Shown here: positions 1-11,377 of the stretch, one piece after another
Numbering within the stretch: the stretch's first letter is position 1
How the letters are laid out: each line of letters starts with the position of its first letter
From: Acidobacteriota bacterium
Lineage (GTDB): Bacteria; Acidobacteriota; UBA6911; RPQK01; JAJDTT01
Assembly (NCBI GenBank): GCA_965217775.1
Contig: CBDCJH010000002.1
Coordinates: forward strand, 2,048,001-2,112,000
Direction of reading: 5' to 3'
DNA length: 64,000 nucleotides
Translations under genes and position numbers: made by a program
Notes under the pieces: generated by a model
What the model was told of the DNA's origin: nothing
Seen by the model: the letters and a program-made list of their open reading frames with translations, nothing else
Databases searched by the model: none

Positions 1-349
1 GCAATACCACAAGAGCCTGCCCAATGTGCCCTCTCCCCTCCTCTACGAGGGTGTCATCTACCTGGTCAAGGACGGAGGTATCGTCACCACTCTCGATCCG
101 GGCACCGGCGCCGTCCTGAAGCAGGCAAGGCTGACGGAGGCCATGAGCCGGTATTTCGCGTCTCCCGTCGGGGGCGACGGCAAGGTTTATCTGCTCGGCG
201 AGAACGGCGACGTCTCGGTCCTGAGCGCCGCACCGGAATGGGAGGTGCTGGCCGTGAACCGAATGGGTGAGGATTGCTATGCCACGCCGGCGCTGGTGGA
301 CGGAAAAGTCTACCTGCGGACCCTCAGCGCCCTCTACTGCTTCGACTGA
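1..349 (+). CDS. PQQ-binding-like beta-propeller repeat protein, C-terminal part (5' end outside window)
   Basis: Propeller motifs PSPLLYEGVIYLV, ASPVGGDGKVY and ATPALVDGKVYLRT...LYCF; frame is open to the window edge. Confidence 0.8.
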   Translation, partial: QYHKSLPNVPSPLLYEGVIYLVKDGGIVTTLDPGTGAVLKQARLTEAMSRYFASPVGGDGKVYLLGENGDVSVLSAAPEWEVLAVNRMGEDCYATPALVDGKVYLRTLSALYCFD

Positions 350-694
350 ATAATCCACGCCGCCCGCGCGATTTAACCGACTACTCGGACGGATAGAGCG
401 ACGGAACGCAGGACAGGGATTTTGCGGCGAAACCTTGCGGCAAGGGCCTTCGCAAGTGTAATCTCCACAACTGTATGCCATGGTTCGGGTGATCGAAACA
501 AATGGCATGCGCGCCGGCGCTGAAAGCCCTGGATGGCGTCGAGACCGGTGAGGCGCCCTGCCGACCAGGCTCGGGAAACTCTTAATATCGAGCATTCGAC
601 AAGGTTGGAGGGACCGGCTTCTTTTCATGCCTTCTTTGTCATTGCTTCATATTCTTTTCGTATCCTCCGCAGTCGGGAATGGAGCGGAAACCCG

Positions 695-1978
695 GTGAAG
701 CGTACGGGACTGCTCATCCTCAGCACGCTGCTGCTGCAAGCGGGAGGCGTTTCCCTGACAGCCCAGACCTCATCGAGGGCCCAGGGAAAAGGCCAACAGG
801 AGCAGCACGATGAACCCGGGAAGAAGGAATCTTCAGACCGAACTCGGGACGACAACTCCCTGCGACCCTATTGGAAGGACGGAGTCCGGCTGGAGACACC
901 GGACAAGCGTGTGAGTCTCAAGATCGGCGGACGTATCCAGGCCGACTGGATGTGGATCAACGAGGATCAATCCGTGAGGGACGCCATCGGGGATCAGACC
1001 AGCGGCAGTGAATTCCGCAGGACGCGCCTGTACCTGTCGGGCGACCTGTTCGGGAACCTGAGCTTCAAGAGCCAGTTCGACTTCGCCGGGGGTTCGACGA
1101 CGCTGAAGGATGTATTCGTCGGCCTCAAGGCAATCCCAGGATTCGGGAACGTCAAGGTCGGTCACTACAAGGAACCCTTCAGCCTGGAGGAGCTCACCAG
1201 CAGCAACTACATGACCTTCGTGGAACGTTCCCTGCCCAACGCCTTCTCCCCTTCGAGAAACACGGGAATGACCGTCTACAACTCCCAATTGGGCCAGCGA
1301 TTGACCTGGGCCGCCGGCGTTTTCCGCGATACGGACAACGGTGGAACCAGCCTGGACGACGGCGTCGGCGGCACCTTTCGCCTGACGGGTGTGCCGGCCC
1401 TCAGCAAGCAGAAGGACAGGCTGGTACACATGGGTGTCAGCTACAGCGTGAGAAAACCCAGCAACAGCGTCCTGCGTTGGCGCCAGCGCCCGGAACTGCA
1501 TCTCACCGACCGTTACCTGGACACGGCCTCCTTTCCTGCTGATCGGGTTCGGCTGTTGGCGTTGGAAGGCGCCGTCGTGAGCGGACCCTTTTCGGTTCAG
1601 TCCGAATACATGAATTCGGCGGCCCGTTCCCAAATCGCCGGAGACCCCGTTTTCGACGGCTTCTATATCTATGCCGGCGTCTTCCTGACCGGAGAGCAGC
1701 GGAACTACAAGGCTTCCTCGGCTTCCTTCGACCGCGTGCGGCCCCGGAAAAATTTTGCGCCGGGAGAAGGGACGGGGGCCTGGGAGGTGGCGCTCCGGTA
1801 TTCCACTCTGGACCTGACGGACAGAGCCATCCAGGGAGGCCGCCTCACCAACCTGACGGCGGCCGTGAACTGGTATCTGAATCCGGTGGCCCGGATCATG
1901 TTCAACTATGTCTCCGGCGACCTGTACGAGGTCGGCGGCACCCACGCCGTGGTCACGCGGCTTCAACTGAACTTCTAA
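695..1978 (+). CDS. Phosphate-selective porin (OprO/OprP family)
   Basis: [42 protein letters not shown] and NWYLNP motifs; C-terminal Phe; signal peptide after GTG 695 with GGAG upstream; first gene of the pst cluster. Confidence 0.88.
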   Translation: MKRTGLLILSTLLLQAGGVSLTAQTSSRAQGKGQQEQHDEPGKKESSDRTRDDNSLRPYWKDGVRLETPDKRVSLKIGGRIQADWMWINEDQSVRDAIGDQTSGSEFRRTRLYLSGDLFGNLSFKSQFDFAGGSTTLKDVFVGLKAIPGFGNVKVGHYKEPFSLEELTSSNYMTFVERSLPNAFSPSRNTGMTVYNSQLGQRLTWAAGVFRDTDNGGTSLDDGVGGTFRLTGVPALSKQKDRLVHMGVSYSVRKPSNSVLRWRQRPELHLTDRYLDTASFPADRVRLLALEGAVVSGPFSVQSEYMNSAARSQIAGDPVFDGFYIYAGVFLTGEQRNYKASSASFDRVRPRKNFAPGEGTGAWEVALRYSTLDLTDRAIQGGRLTNLTAAVNWYLNPVARIMFNYVSGDLYEVGGTHAVVTRLQLNF

Positions 1979-2008
1979 CCTTTGCAAACGGATGAGGAAT
2001 CAGGATCC

Positions 2009-2992
2009 ATGGCGAAAATAGTACGCTGCCTGTGTATTTCGGGGATTCTCCTGACTTCTTGCGGCGGTGGCGACGATTCGGGAGGGATGCGCGGTCGAGT
2101 CAGGGTCGATGGTTCCAGCACCGTATTCCCCATCACCGAGGCCGTCGCCGAAGAATTCCAGAAGCTCCACCGCGGGGTCCAGGTCACGGTGGGGATTTCC
2201 GGGACGGGTGGAGGATTCAAGAAATTCTGCGCCGGCGAGACCGATATCAATGACGCGTCGCGCCCCATCAAACCCACGGAAGAGGAGGCCGCCAAGGCGA
2301 ACTCGGTCCGGTTCATCGAATTGCCCGTGGCCTACGACGGTATCTCGGTGGTCGCCCATCCGGAGAACGACTTCCTGGACTATCTGACCGTGGAGGAGCT
2401 GCGGAAAATCTGGCAGCCCGGAAGCATGGTGAACCAATGGAGCGACATCCGTTCGGAATGGCCTGACAGGCCGCTCACGTTGTACGGACCCGGAACCGAT
2501 TCGGGGACCTTCGACTATTTCACCGAGGCGGTCAACGGAAAGTCGCAATTGTGCCGCCCCGATTTCACCGCCAGCGAGGATGATAACGTTCTGGTTCAAG
2601 GCATCGCGGGGGACCCGGACGCTCTGGGTTTCTTTGGCTTCGCCTACTACGCCGAGAACGCCGACCGCTTGAAGCTGATCCCCATCGACGGGGGCGACGG
2701 CCCGGTTTTTCCGTCCAACGAAACTATCAACACGAACACGTACAATCCCCTTTCCCGACCCATTCTCATCTACGTCAACGATCAGGCCCGACGGGAGGAG
2801 GTGGTGGCGTTCGTCGAATTCTACCTCCGGGAGGCTCCCAATCTGGTTCAGGAAGTAGGTTACGTGGCGCTGCCGGAAAAAGTTTACCAGTTGGCGTTGC
2901 ACCGCTTCACCATTGGCGTCACGGGGACGGTCTACGGCGGCGGACACGCTGCAGGCGCCTCGCTGCTCGATCTGTTCCAGGTGGGCGGCTAA
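2009..2992 (+). CDS. pstS: Phosphate ABC transporter substrate-binding lipoprotein
   Basis: [20 protein letters not shown] and DSGTFDYF motifs; lipobox LLTSC. Confidence 0.95.
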   Translation: MAKIVRCLCISGILLTSCGGGDDSGGMRGRVRVDGSSTVFPITEAVAEEFQKLHRGVQVTVGISGTGGGFKKFCAGETDINDASRPIKPTEEEAAKANSVRFIELPVAYDGISVVAHPENDFLDYLTVEELRKIWQPGSMVNQWSDIRSEWPDRPLTLYGPGTDSGTFDYFTEAVNGKSQLCRPDFTASEDDNVLVQGIAGDPDALGFFGFAYYAENADRLKLIPIDGGDGPVFPSNETINTNTYNPLSRPILIYVNDQARREEVVAFVEFYLREAPNLVQEVGYVALPEKVYQLALHRFTIGVTGTVYGGGHAAGASLLDLFQVGG

Positions 2993-3039
2993 CCGCCGGC
3001 TGGCAGGACTGAAGTTCCTGCGCGCGATTCAGCACAGAC

Positions 3040-3939
3040 ATGACACTCCAGTTTCGGAAGAAAAGGAACGTTCGCGAGAAACTCATCGCATTGCTCCTGC
3101 TGAGTTGTGCCTGCGTCTCGGTCGCCACGACGGTGGCCATCATCCTGATTCTGCTGAAGGAATCGGCCCTCTTCTTCCGCGAAGTCCCCATTCTGGACTT
3201 CCTGTTCGGCACCCGCTGGACGCCGCTGCTGGAACCCCGATCCTTCGGCGTCCTGCCCTTGCTCTCCGGAACCCTGCTCATCGTCATCGGCTCGTCCCTG
3301 GTCGCTCTTCCGGTGGGCCTGGCCACAGGCATCTATCTGTCCGAGTACGCTTCGGACCGCGTCCGAGAGGTGGTCAAACCCGTTTTGGAAATCCTCGCCG
3401 GCATCCCCACCGTGGTGTACGGGTATTTCGCACTGACTTTCGTCACGCCGGTCCTGCAGACGTTTTTCAATCAGATCCGGATCTTCAACGCGGCCAGCGC
3501 CTCCATCGTCGTGGGGATCATGGTACTGCCCATGGTGGCCTCTCTCTGCGACGACGCCTTCCGAGCCGTCCCCAAGTCGCTCCGCAATGGAGCCTACGCC
3601 CTGGGCGCCACTCGGTTGGAAGTCACCTTGGGCGTCACCCTTCCCTCGGCGACGTCGGGTGTTGTGGCGTCGTTCGTTCTCGCGATTTCGAGAGCCATCG
3701 GCGAAACCATGGCGGTCACCCTGGCGGCGGGAGCGACTCCGAAGATGACCCTCAATCCGGCGGAGAGCATCCAGACCATGACGGCCTATATCGTCCAGGT
3801 CAGTCTCGGCGATACGCCGGCCGGCACCATCGAATACCAGACCATCTTCGCCGTTGCCGCCCTGCTGTTCGCCATTACCTTGCTCATGAACGTGATCGCC
3901 AACCGGGTGCTGCGCCGGTTCCGGGAGGTGTACGAGTGA
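3040..3939 (+). CDS. pstC: Phosphate ABC transporter permease
   Basis: YLSEYA, LAGIPTVVYG, GAYALGAT and SRAIGETMAV motifs; operon position. Confidence 0.95.
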   Translation: MTLQFRKKRNVREKLIALLLLSCACVSVATTVAIILILLKESALFFREVPILDFLFGTRWTPLLEPRSFGVLPLLSGTLLIVIGSSLVALPVGLATGIYLSEYASDRVREVVKPVLEILAGIPTVVYGYFALTFVTPVLQTFFNQIRIFNAASASIVVGIMVLPMVASLCDDAFRAVPKSLRNGAYALGATRLEVTLGVTLPSATSGVVASFVLAISRAIGETMAVTLAAGATPKMTLNPAESIQTMTAYIVQVSLGDTPAGTIEYQTIFAVAALLFAITLLMNVIANRVLRRFREVYE

Positions 3940-4793
3940 AGAGTCTGGCCGGCCGGCGGCGCCTGGCTTCCATCTTCCGCTACGCCTGTACCCTGGTGAC
4001 TTGGGGCGGCGTCCTCCTTCTGGCCATGCTGCTTTACCACGTCAGCCGCCAGGGAGTGGCTTGGCTCGACTTGCAGTTCCTGCAATCGTTCCCCTCCCGC
4101 TTTCCGGATCGGGCCGGTATCAAGTCGGCGCTCTGGGGAACCTGTTGGGTCATCAGCTTCACCGCCATCTTTTCCATCCCTCTGGGCGTGGCTTCCGCCA
4201 TCTACCTCGAGGAGTATGCGAGGAAGGGGAGGCTGGCTCGCTGGATCGAAATCAATCTCTCGAATCTTTCGGGAGTCCCTTCCATCGTATTCGGAATCCT
4301 GGGACTCGTCATCTTCGTCCGGATGATGGCTCTTGAGAGGAGCGTGCTCGCGGGAAGCCTGACCTTGGCGCTGCTGATTCTGCCCGTGATCGTCATCGCC
4401 GCACGAGAAGCGATCCGGGCCGTGCCCCAGTCCATCCGGCACGCGTCATACGCCCTGGGAGCGACCCGTTGGGAGACGGTGCGTCACCATGTGCTGCCTT
4501 CCGCCTTTCCCGGAATCTTGACCGGAGTCATTCTGGCCGTCTCCCGCGCCATTGGCGAGACGGCCCCTTTGATCATGATCGGTGCTCTCACCTACGTGGC
4601 CTTCGTGCCGGAGAATCCGTTGTCTCCCTTCACGACTCTTCCCATCCAGATCTTCAACTGGTCCTCGAGACCGCAGCAGGAATTCCACCATGTGGCCGCC
4701 GCCGGCATCATCGTGCTGCTGGTGGTCTTGCTTCTGATGAACGCGACTGCCATCTATATCCGGCATAGACTGGGGAAAAGAACGGGACGATAA
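3936..4793 (+). CDS. pstA: Phosphate ABC transporter permease
   Basis: GTG start overlaps pstC stop (GTGA); YLEEYA, GVPSIVFG and SRAIGETAPL motifs. Confidence 0.93.
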   Translation: MKSLAGRRRLASIFRYACTLVTWGGVLLLAMLLYHVSRQGVAWLDLQFLQSFPSRFPDRAGIKSALWGTCWVISFTAIFSIPLGVASAIYLEEYARKGRLARWIEINLSNLSGVPSIVFGILGLVIFVRMMALERSVLAGSLTLALLILPVIVIAAREAIRAVPQSIRHASYALGATRWETVRHHVLPSAFPGILTGVILAVSRAIGETAPLIMIGALTYVAFVPENPLSPFTTLPIQIFNWSSRPQQEFHHVAAAGIIVLLVVLLLMNATAIYIRHRLGKRTGR

Positions 4794-4814
4794 GTCCGGA
4801 CTCGCTTATTGGCT

Positions 4815-5567
4815 ATGAAGGAACCGATTCTGCAGACCGTCGATCTCAGCATCTTCTACGAAGGCATTCCAGCCATCCGGAACGTCTCGCTCTCCATCGA
4901 GGAACGTGGGATCACCGCCATCATCGGCCCGTCCGGCTGCGGCAAGAGCACATTGCTCAGGGCCTTCAACCGCATGAACGACTTGATCGAGGGAGCCCGC
5001 CATGAGGGCACGGTGCTCTACCGGGGCATGGACGTCTACGCTCCGGACGTGGACCCCGCCGATGTCCGGCGGCGGGCCGGAATGGTCTTCCAGAAGCCCA
5101 ATCCCTTTCCCAAGTCCATCTACAAGAACGTGGCGTGGGGGCCTTCCATCAATGGTTATCCCGGCAACTTGGACGAGAGAGTCGAACGGTCGTTGCGACA
5201 GGCGGCGCTCTGGGAAGAGGTGCGGGACCGGATGGACGAGTCGGCCATCAACCTCTCGGGAGGACAGCAGCAACGGCTCTGCATCGCTCGTGCCCTGGCC
5301 ATGGAGCCCGAGGTCATCCTGATGGACGAACCCTGTTCCGCGCTGGATCCGGTCTCGACCGCCCGCATCGAGGACCTGATGTTCGAGCTCAAGGAGCGCT
5401 ACAGCATCGTGATCGTGACCCACAACATGCAGCAAGCCTCCCGCGTCTCGCAACATACGGCCTTTCTGGAGAATGGTAAGCTGGTCGAGTTCGGTGAGAC
5501 CCAGACCATCTTCACGCGTCCCCAGGAAAGGCGAACCGAAGAGTACGTGACAGGACGTTTCGGTTAG
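4815..5567 (+). CDS. pstB: Phosphate ABC transporter ATP-binding protein
   Basis: [29 protein letters not shown] and DEPCSALD motifs; C-terminal YVTGRFG. Confidence 0.97.
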   Translation: MKEPILQTVDLSIFYEGIPAIRNVSLSIEERGITAIIGPSGCGKSTLLRAFNRMNDLIEGARHEGTVLYRGMDVYAPDVDPADVRRRAGMVFQKPNPFPKSIYKNVAWGPSINGYPGNLDERVERSLRQAALWEEVRDRMDESAINLSGGQQQRLCIARALAMEPEVILMDEPCSALDPVSTARIEDLMFELKERYSIVIVTHNMQQASRVSQHTAFLENGKLVEFGETQTIFTRPQERRTEEYVTGRFG

Positions 5568-5632
5568 GAAGAATCGTGGGGCCGTAGTCCTACGGAGGTG
5601 AATTTGCTCGGATCCGGTCCGGGAGACTTGCC

Positions 5633-6322
5633 ATGACCAAGCACATGCTGCGCGATTTCGAAAACCTGAAGAGGAAGCTCCTCGGTTTGGGAGGCATCGT
5701 CGAGGAGGCCATCAACAACGCCATCCTGGCGTTGCTCGACCGCCGGCACGACCTGGCGGAAGGGGTCATTTCCGGAGACCGCCAGATCGATCTCAATGAA
5801 GTGGATCTGGAGGAGGACTGCCTCAAAGCCCTGGCGCTCTACCAGCCGGTCGCCAGAGATCTTCGTTTCATCATCGTGGTCCTGAAAGTCAACAACGATT
5901 TGGAGCGCATGGGCGACTTGGCCGTCAATATCGCCGAACGAGCCTCCTACCTCTCCGTCCACCCGGCGTTGAAGGTTTCGCTGGACTTCGCGCGAATGGT
6001 GACCGGCGTCCGCCGGATGGTGCGGGACAGCCTGGACGCCCTCATCCGGATGGACACCGACCTGGCCCGGACGGTCCTCACCATGGATGACGAAATCGAT
6101 GCCATCAACCGGGATATGTTCATCTCGCTGCAAGCACTGATGAAACAGGACTCCGACACGGTGGAGCGATCGGTCCACCTGCTGTCCACCTCCCGGAACC
6201 TGGAGCGGATTGCGGACCTTTGCACCAACATTGCCGAAGACGTGGTCTTCATGGTGGACGGCGATCTGATCCGCCATCGAAACAAGGACTACCGGAAGCC
6301 CGTTTCCCCGGATCAGAACTGA
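5633..6322 (+). CDS. phoU: Phosphate signalling complex protein PhoU
   Basis: QPVARDLR, DLERMGDLA and LERIADLCTNIAE repeats. Confidence 0.96.
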   Translation: MTKHMLRDFENLKRKLLGLGGIVEEAINNAILALLDRRHDLAEGVISGDRQIDLNEVDLEEDCLKALALYQPVARDLRFIIVVLKVNNDLERMGDLAVNIAERASYLSVHPALKVSLDFARMVTGVRRMVRDSLDALIRMDTDLARTVLTMDDEIDAINRDMFISLQALMKQDSDTVERSVHLLSTSRNLERIADLCTNIAEDVVFMVDGDLIRHRNKDYRKPVSPDQN

Positions 6323-6486
6323 TCGGCGGCGCTGCTCACGACCACCTCTCATCTGGCTTCCGTTGCTATGGGTGAGCCAGGTCCGGTCCACACCCCGACC
6401 GTCCCGGCCGCCAGTCCTCCCTGGCCTTGCAGAACAGGCATTTCCAATGCGTAAGGTTAAAATGACCAGAGAGCCGGAAAGCCAAG

Positions 6487-8802
6487 ATGTCTATCCACGG
6501 GTTCATATTGCAAGCGACCTACCGGATCGAGGCCCGGCGCCCCGTGGTTCATCTGTTCGGACGGCTGGAGAACGGAGATCCGTTTCTGGTCCGCGACGAC
6601 CGGGAGACTCCCCACTTCTACATCGCTTCGCGGCACCGTGCCCGGGCACGGAATCTGGGTGCGGAGTTCCTGACCCCGTCCGGCTTCCGCGCCCTGGATG
6701 GGACGCCTCTGGTGCGAGTCAATCTCCGGATCCCGTCCCACACTCCTGCCCTGCGCGATCGTCTCATCGAGCATCACATCCCCTGCCATGAAGCCGACAT
6801 CCCCTTTGCCACGCGATTCCTGATCAATCGCGGTATCCGGGGATCACTCGAGATCGACGGGGCGGGGCGCCGGGTCCCCGGACTGGGATGGGTCTACCGG
6901 AACCCCGGCCTGGCTCCGGCGAACCGGACACCCCGGCTCTCGACTCTCTCCCTGGATATCGAGACCGATCCCGGCGGCAAGACCGTGTTTTCGGTGGCTC
7001 TGCACGGCTGCGGGACTTCGGAGGTCCTGCTGCTGGACCCCGACGGAGGCGAATCGGCGGGAGGCGCCGTCTGCTTCCGGCGGAAGGAGGAATTTCTCCG
7101 GGCGTTCTGCGGGAGAGTCCGGGAACTGGACCCGGACATACTTACCGGCTGGAACGTGGTGGACTTCGACCTTCGGGTCCTGGACCGCCTGAGCCGGAGC
7201 TGCGGTGTCCCGCTCCAACTGGGGCGCGGCCGGGAGCCCATGCGGCTGCGGCCTTCGCGTTCCCCCTGGGCCAACCGGGAGGCCCGGATTCCGGGCCGGG
7301 TGGTGGCCGACGGGATCCACCTGCTCCGGGGATCCTTCGTCCGGCTCGAACGCTACTCCTTGGAATTCGCCGCCCGGCAGGTGTTGGGAGAGGGGAAGAC
7401 GCTCCATGGGGCCGACCGACCGACCGAGATCCTGGAGAGCTTTCGCAACGACCGCGAACGATTCGTACTCTACAACCGGACCGACGCCAGACTGGCCCTG
7501 GAAATCCTGGAAAAACTGAAGCTCGTCGACCTGGCCGTGGAGCGAAGCCGGTTGACCGGTCTCCCCATCGATCGGGTGAGCGGGTCCATCGCGGCCTTCG
7601 ATTTCCTCTACCTGACGGAGCTTCACAAGAGGCGCATCGCCGCCCCCAGCGTCGGCGCCGCCGCCAGTACGGCTCCGAGTCCGGGGGGCCACGTGCTGGA
7701 GCCCGAGCCGGGCCTCTACGAACAGGTTCTGGTCTTCGACTTCAAGAGCCTCTACCCCAGCCTGATCCGCACCTTTCAGATCGATCCGCTGGGCTACGTC
7801 TCCCGGCCCGAGCCGGATCAGGACCTCATCGTCGCCCCGAATGGGGCCGCCTTTCGGAGAACACCGGGCATTCTGACCGGGCTGCTGAACCATCTCTTCC
7901 CGCGCCGCGAAGCCGCCAAGGCCGCGGGCGACCAAGTCGCCAGCCATGCCATCAAGATCCTCATGAACTCCTTCTACGGAGTCATGGGCACTCCTGCCTG
8001 CCGCTTTTATCGACCCCAACTGGCCGCGGCCATCACCACCTTCGGCCGCGAGATCCTGCTCTGGTCCAGGGACCGTTTTCGAGACTACGGTTTCCGGGTT
8101 CTCTACGGAGACACCGACAGCCTCTTCGTGCTCTCCGGCGAGCAGACGACCTCCGCAGCTCAGGCCAAGGGCGAAGAGTTGGCGCGGCGCCTCAACCGGG
8201 ATCTGGAGCGCCACATCATCGAAAAATGGAGGGTGAAGAGCCGTTTGGAGTTGGAACTGGAGCGGCTCTACCGAAAATTTTTCATCCCGGCGACCCGCAA
8301 AGGGGGTCGAGGCGCCCGCAAGCGGTATGTGGGCTTCGTCGGTGACGGGCCCGATGCCGAGGTTGTCTTTACCGGTATGGAGGTGGTCCGGAGCGATTGG
8401 ACCGAGCTGGCCAGGAGGGTCCAGAAGGAACTGTACCGGAGACTGTTCACCCAAACGGATGTTCGACCCTACCTGCACGAAACCGTGGCTCGCCTCCGGG
8501 CGGGGCGCCTGGACCACCTTCTCGTCTACAGCAAAAAGCTGGGGAAACCGTTGAAGGAATACCGGAGCACGACTCCCCCTCACGTCGCAGCGGCTCGCAA
8601 GATGGCCGGCAAGCCCGGACGCCGGATCTCATATCTCATGACTCGGGCCGGTCCGGAACCGGCGGGCGAGACCACTGCCGACATCGATCGTGAACACTAC
8701 GTCCGGAAACAGGTGCGCTCGGTGTCCCAACCGGTACTGGACCACCTGGCCCTGAAGTTCAAGAAGGTCATCGGGGATGATCGTCAACTTGAGCTGTTCT
8801 GA
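6487..8802 (+). CDS. polB: DNA polymerase II (family B)
   Basis: Exonuclease motifs DIET and GWNVVDFD; polymerase motifs DFKSLYPS, KILMNSFYG, YGDTDS and KRY. Confidence 0.95.
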   Translation: MSIHGFILQATYRIEARRPVVHLFGRLENGDPFLVRDDRETPHFYIASRHRARARNLGAEFLTPSGFRALDGTPLVRVNLRIPSHTPALRDRLIEHHIPCHEADIPFATRFLINRGIRGSLEIDGAGRRVPGLGWVYRNPGLAPANRTPRLSTLSLDIETDPGGKTVFSVALHGCGTSEVLLLDPDGGESAGGAVCFRRKEEFLRAFCGRVRELDPDILTGWNVVDFDLRVLDRLSRSCGVPLQLGRGREPMRLRPSRSPWANREARIPGRVVADGIHLLRGSFVRLERYSLEFAARQVLGEGKTLHGADRPTEILESFRNDRERFVLYNRTDARLALEILEKLKLVDLAVERSRLTGLPIDRVSGSIAAFDFLYLTELHKRRIAAPSVGAAASTAPSPGGHVLEPEPGLYEQVLVFDFKSLYPSLIRTFQIDPLGYVSRPEPDQDLIVAPNGAAFRRTPGILTGLLNHLFPRREAAKAAGDQVASHAIKILMNSFYGVMGTPACRFYRPQLAAAITTFGREILLWSRDRFRDYGFRVLYGDTDSLFVLSGEQTTSAAQAKGEELARRLNRDLERHIIEKWRVKSRLELELERLYRKFFIPATRKGGRGARKRYVGFVGDGPDAEVVFTGMEVVRSDWTELARRVQKELYRRLFTQTDVRPYLHETVARLRAGRLDHLLVYSKKLGKPLKEYRSTTPPHVAAARKMAGKPGRRISYLMTRAGPEPAGETTADIDREHYVRKQVRSVSQPVLDHLALKFKKVIGDDRQLELF

Positions 8803-9991
8803 ACGGGTCCTCCTCCGCATCTGGGCGGGGGGGCTTGGTGGTGGCCGGCTCGATGAATTGGGCAATGATGAGAACGATCGCCGCCACCACAGATCCGATC
8901 TGGAAGATGAGAGCGTACCCAAAACGGTCCCACAGGAATCCGCCGACGAGCGGCAGGGTCACCGCCGCCACGTGGTTCAGGGTCACGCCGAGTGAGATGG
9001 TCGGGCGCAGGTCGGCGGTGCGGGCGATTCTGTTCAGATAGGTGCTCAAGGATACGGACGCCAGAAACAGGAGACGGTCCACGCAATAGAGGGCATAGAG
9101 CACCCACTTGTTCTGAATGAAGGAATAACCCCAGAAGATGAGGATCAACATCGCGTAGGCGGCACTGAGAATCTTGCGCTCTCCCAAACGGTCGATCAGG
9201 CGCCCGACCAGGGGCGCCGCCAGGACCGCCAGCAGGGTGTTGACGAACATGAGGATGATGATGTGCTCCGTGGTCGCGCCGTGGACGAAGACCATGGAGA
9301 AGACGGCGAAAATGACGAAGATCTGGCGCCGGCACCCTTGGAAGAAGGTCAGGAGATAATAGGTGAGGTACTCACGGCGGAAGACGAACCGGTCCTCGGA
9401 GGTGGCGGCCGCAGGGACCCGGACCGGAAACATCGCGAATCCTCCCAGGATCACCGCCAAACCGGCCGCCAGGAAGATCCAGCGGAAACCCACGAATCCG
9501 ATGAACCCGAAGGTCAGGGCCATGGCCAGCAGGAAGCCGAACTCGTCGATGCTTCGGAGTTGCCCCAGGCGCCTCCCTTTGTGGGCGTCCGACAGGGTCA
9601 GGGCCAGGGTCTCCCGCTGCGGAAGCCAGCCGTGAAAGCCCACGCTCCAAACCAGAGAGGCCAGGATCAGGCCGCCGACGGTGTGGACGCCGAAGTAGGC
9701 GCCGACGCCAATGCCCGTCAAGATGAGCAGAAACCCCGCCAGACGAGCCGCCGGGAACCGGATGGAGACGGCAATCAACGCCACCGTCAGGAGGCCGGGA
9801 ATTTCCCGGATCGACTCCAAGACGCCGAATTGTCGGGGCTGGATCCCGATCTCTTCGACGATGAAGTTGTTGAAGGTGGTCATGTAGACCGCGAACCCGG
9901 CGCTCAAGAGTCCGGAGGAAAGAGCCAGCAGTTTTAAGTCCCGGCTCCATCCCCTCAGGTCAGACGTGATTTTTTGCTGATTTTCCGCCAC
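8768..9991 (-). CDS. MFS transporter
   Basis: About 12 hydrophobic segments; ESIREIPG and GRLIDRLGER (MFS motif A-like). Confidence 0.85.
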   Translation of the reverse strand: MAENQQKITSDLRGWSRDLKLLALSSGLLSAGFAVYMTTFNNFIVEEIGIQPRQFGVLESIREIPGLLTVALIAVSIRFPAARLAGFLLILTGIGVGAYFGVHTVGGLILASLVWSVGFHGWLPQRETLALTLSDAHKGRRLGQLRSIDEFGFLLAMALTFGFIGFVGFRWIFLAAGLAVILGGFAMFPVRVPAAATSEDRFVFRREYLTYYLLTFFQGCRRQIFVIFAVFSMVFVHGATTEHIIILMFVNTLLAVLAAPLVGRLIDRLGERKILSAAYAMLILIFWGYSFIQNKWVLYALYCVDRLLFLASVSLSTYLNRIARTADLRPTISLGVTLNHVAAVTLPLVGGFLWDRFGYALIFQIGSVVAAIVLIIAQFIEPATTKPPRPDAEEDPFRTAQVDDHPR

Positions 9992-10119
9992 GGGTTGATC
10001 GGTCGCACCCGTATACGCGTTGAACCCGAGACTGTCAATTTAACCGCAGCAAATTGCGAACCGTTTCGGCGGCGGTTTGCGGACTCTCCCCCGGGACCGG
10101 AAGTGCTATAGTGTGGCCC

Positions 10120-11313
10120 ATGCCAAACGCCCGGCGTGAATTCCTGAAGGGCCTGACCGCGACCGTGAATCCGGTTCGGGATCCGTTCGGAGAGATTCTG
10201 GAAGCGGCCCGATCCGACGGATCGGAAGCGGCTTTCGGGTCCCTGATCTCGAACCTCAAGGCGGAGAAGAAATATCCGCTTCTGTTCGAGGCCAGGCTCA
10301 TGCAGAAACGCCACCAACTGCGGCTTCCGTTGATCCTGACCGAGCCGGCTGCGGGACTCGATCCCGAGACCCAGGGGAAATACGAGCAAGCCACCATCGC
10401 CGCCGCCCGGGAGGTAGGAAAACACTTCCTGGCCGACGGAGACATCATCGCTTCCTGGCCCTACTTCCGGGCCATCGGCGAGAACGGCTCCATTGCCGGG
10501 GCGATCGAGGCCATCCCCTCCGATGAAGCAGAGGACGCGGTCATCGAGATTGCCTTCTACGAGGGAGCGAATCCCAGCAAGGGATTCGAGATGATCCTGT
10601 CCCGATACGGAATCTGCCGAGCCATCACCTCATTCTCCCAGTTCCCGAGTGCGGACGGACAGGAGGAGTCGGGACGGCTTCTGGTGCGGACGCTTCACTC
10701 GGAACTGTTGGCCAACTTGAAGAGCAGCGTTCGGCGCCGGGAGGGGACGGCTCCGGCCACCGCAAGCATCAGCGAGTTGATCGCCGGCCGGGACTGGCTC
10801 TTCGAGGGCAACACCTACTACATCGATACGTCCCACGTCAGTTCCGTGGTCCAACTGAGTCCCCGGTTGGAAGATCGACACTCTCTGAATCTGGCTCTGG
10901 AACTCACCGACTACGGCCGCTGCCTGTCGGAGATGTTCCAGTATCCCGGCGAGCCTCCTTTCGAAGACCTCTATACGGACCACTCCTTCTACCTGAAGGC
11001 TATTCTGGGCCGTGAGGTCTCAGAGGGCGTGGCGCATTTCCGGAAGAAGCTGGGCGGATCCGACTCGGATCCGGATGGGACCGCCGCAGCCCAGGTCCTG
11101 GTGCGTCTCCTGGAGAGGATCGAACGCTACGACGAGGCCATCGAGGTCTCTGTGGAGTATTTGAAGGATTTTCCAGCCCACGAGCTGAAGTGCTCGTCGG
11201 CCCCCCAACTCTGCCAGATTGCCGGAGACTTCGACCGCCTCCGCAACGTGTCCCGGGACCAAGGGGACCTGCTGAGCTTCACCGCATCGGTGCTCTACGA
11301 CTCCAATAGCTGA
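10120..11313 (+). CDS. Hypothetical alpha-helical protein
   Basis: Long ORF with host-like codon use; no recognised catalytic motif. Confidence 0.7.
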   Translation: MPNARREFLKGLTATVNPVRDPFGEILEAARSDGSEAAFGSLISNLKAEKKYPLLFEARLMQKRHQLRLPLILTEPAAGLDPETQGKYEQATIAAAREVGKHFLADGDIIASWPYFRAIGENGSIAGAIEAIPSDEAEDAVIEIAFYEGANPSKGFEMILSRYGICRAITSFSQFPSADGQEESGRLLVRTLHSELLANLKSSVRRREGTAPATASISELIAGRDWLFEGNTYYIDTSHVSSVVQLSPRLEDRHSLNLALELTDYGRCLSEMFQYPGEPPFEDLYTDHSFYLKAILGREVSEGVAHFRKKLGGSDSDPDGTAAAQVLVRLLERIERYDEAIEVSVEYLKDFPAHELKCSSAPQLCQIAGDFDRLRNVSRDQGDLLSFTASVLYDSNS

Positions 11314-11377
11314 GTCCGGTCCCGGCGCCCACGGGAAACGCCGCCACGGGACGCCGAGTACTCGCGCACGCCAGGTG

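Noticed and set aside
620-655. Pho box upstream of the porin-pst operon
   Set aside because: A TTGTCAT half-site is present at 636-642, but the neighbouring TCAT units are not at 11-bp spacing, so the site is not supportable.
350-690. Structured RNA or riboswitch upstream of the porin (ATGCCAT...ATGGCAT stem near 475-508)
   Set aside because: It is only one imperfect hairpin, and no RNA family consensus was recognisable by eye.
2913-3935. 626-aa PstA with a long N-terminal extension
   Set aside because: The extension is an off-frame reading over pstC; the real start is the GTG at 3936.
6487-8802. Family B polymerase as a marker of a pipolin, casposon or phage
   Set aside because: It looks like ordinary bacterial Pol II among housekeeping genes, with no integrase, cas1 or terminal repeats.
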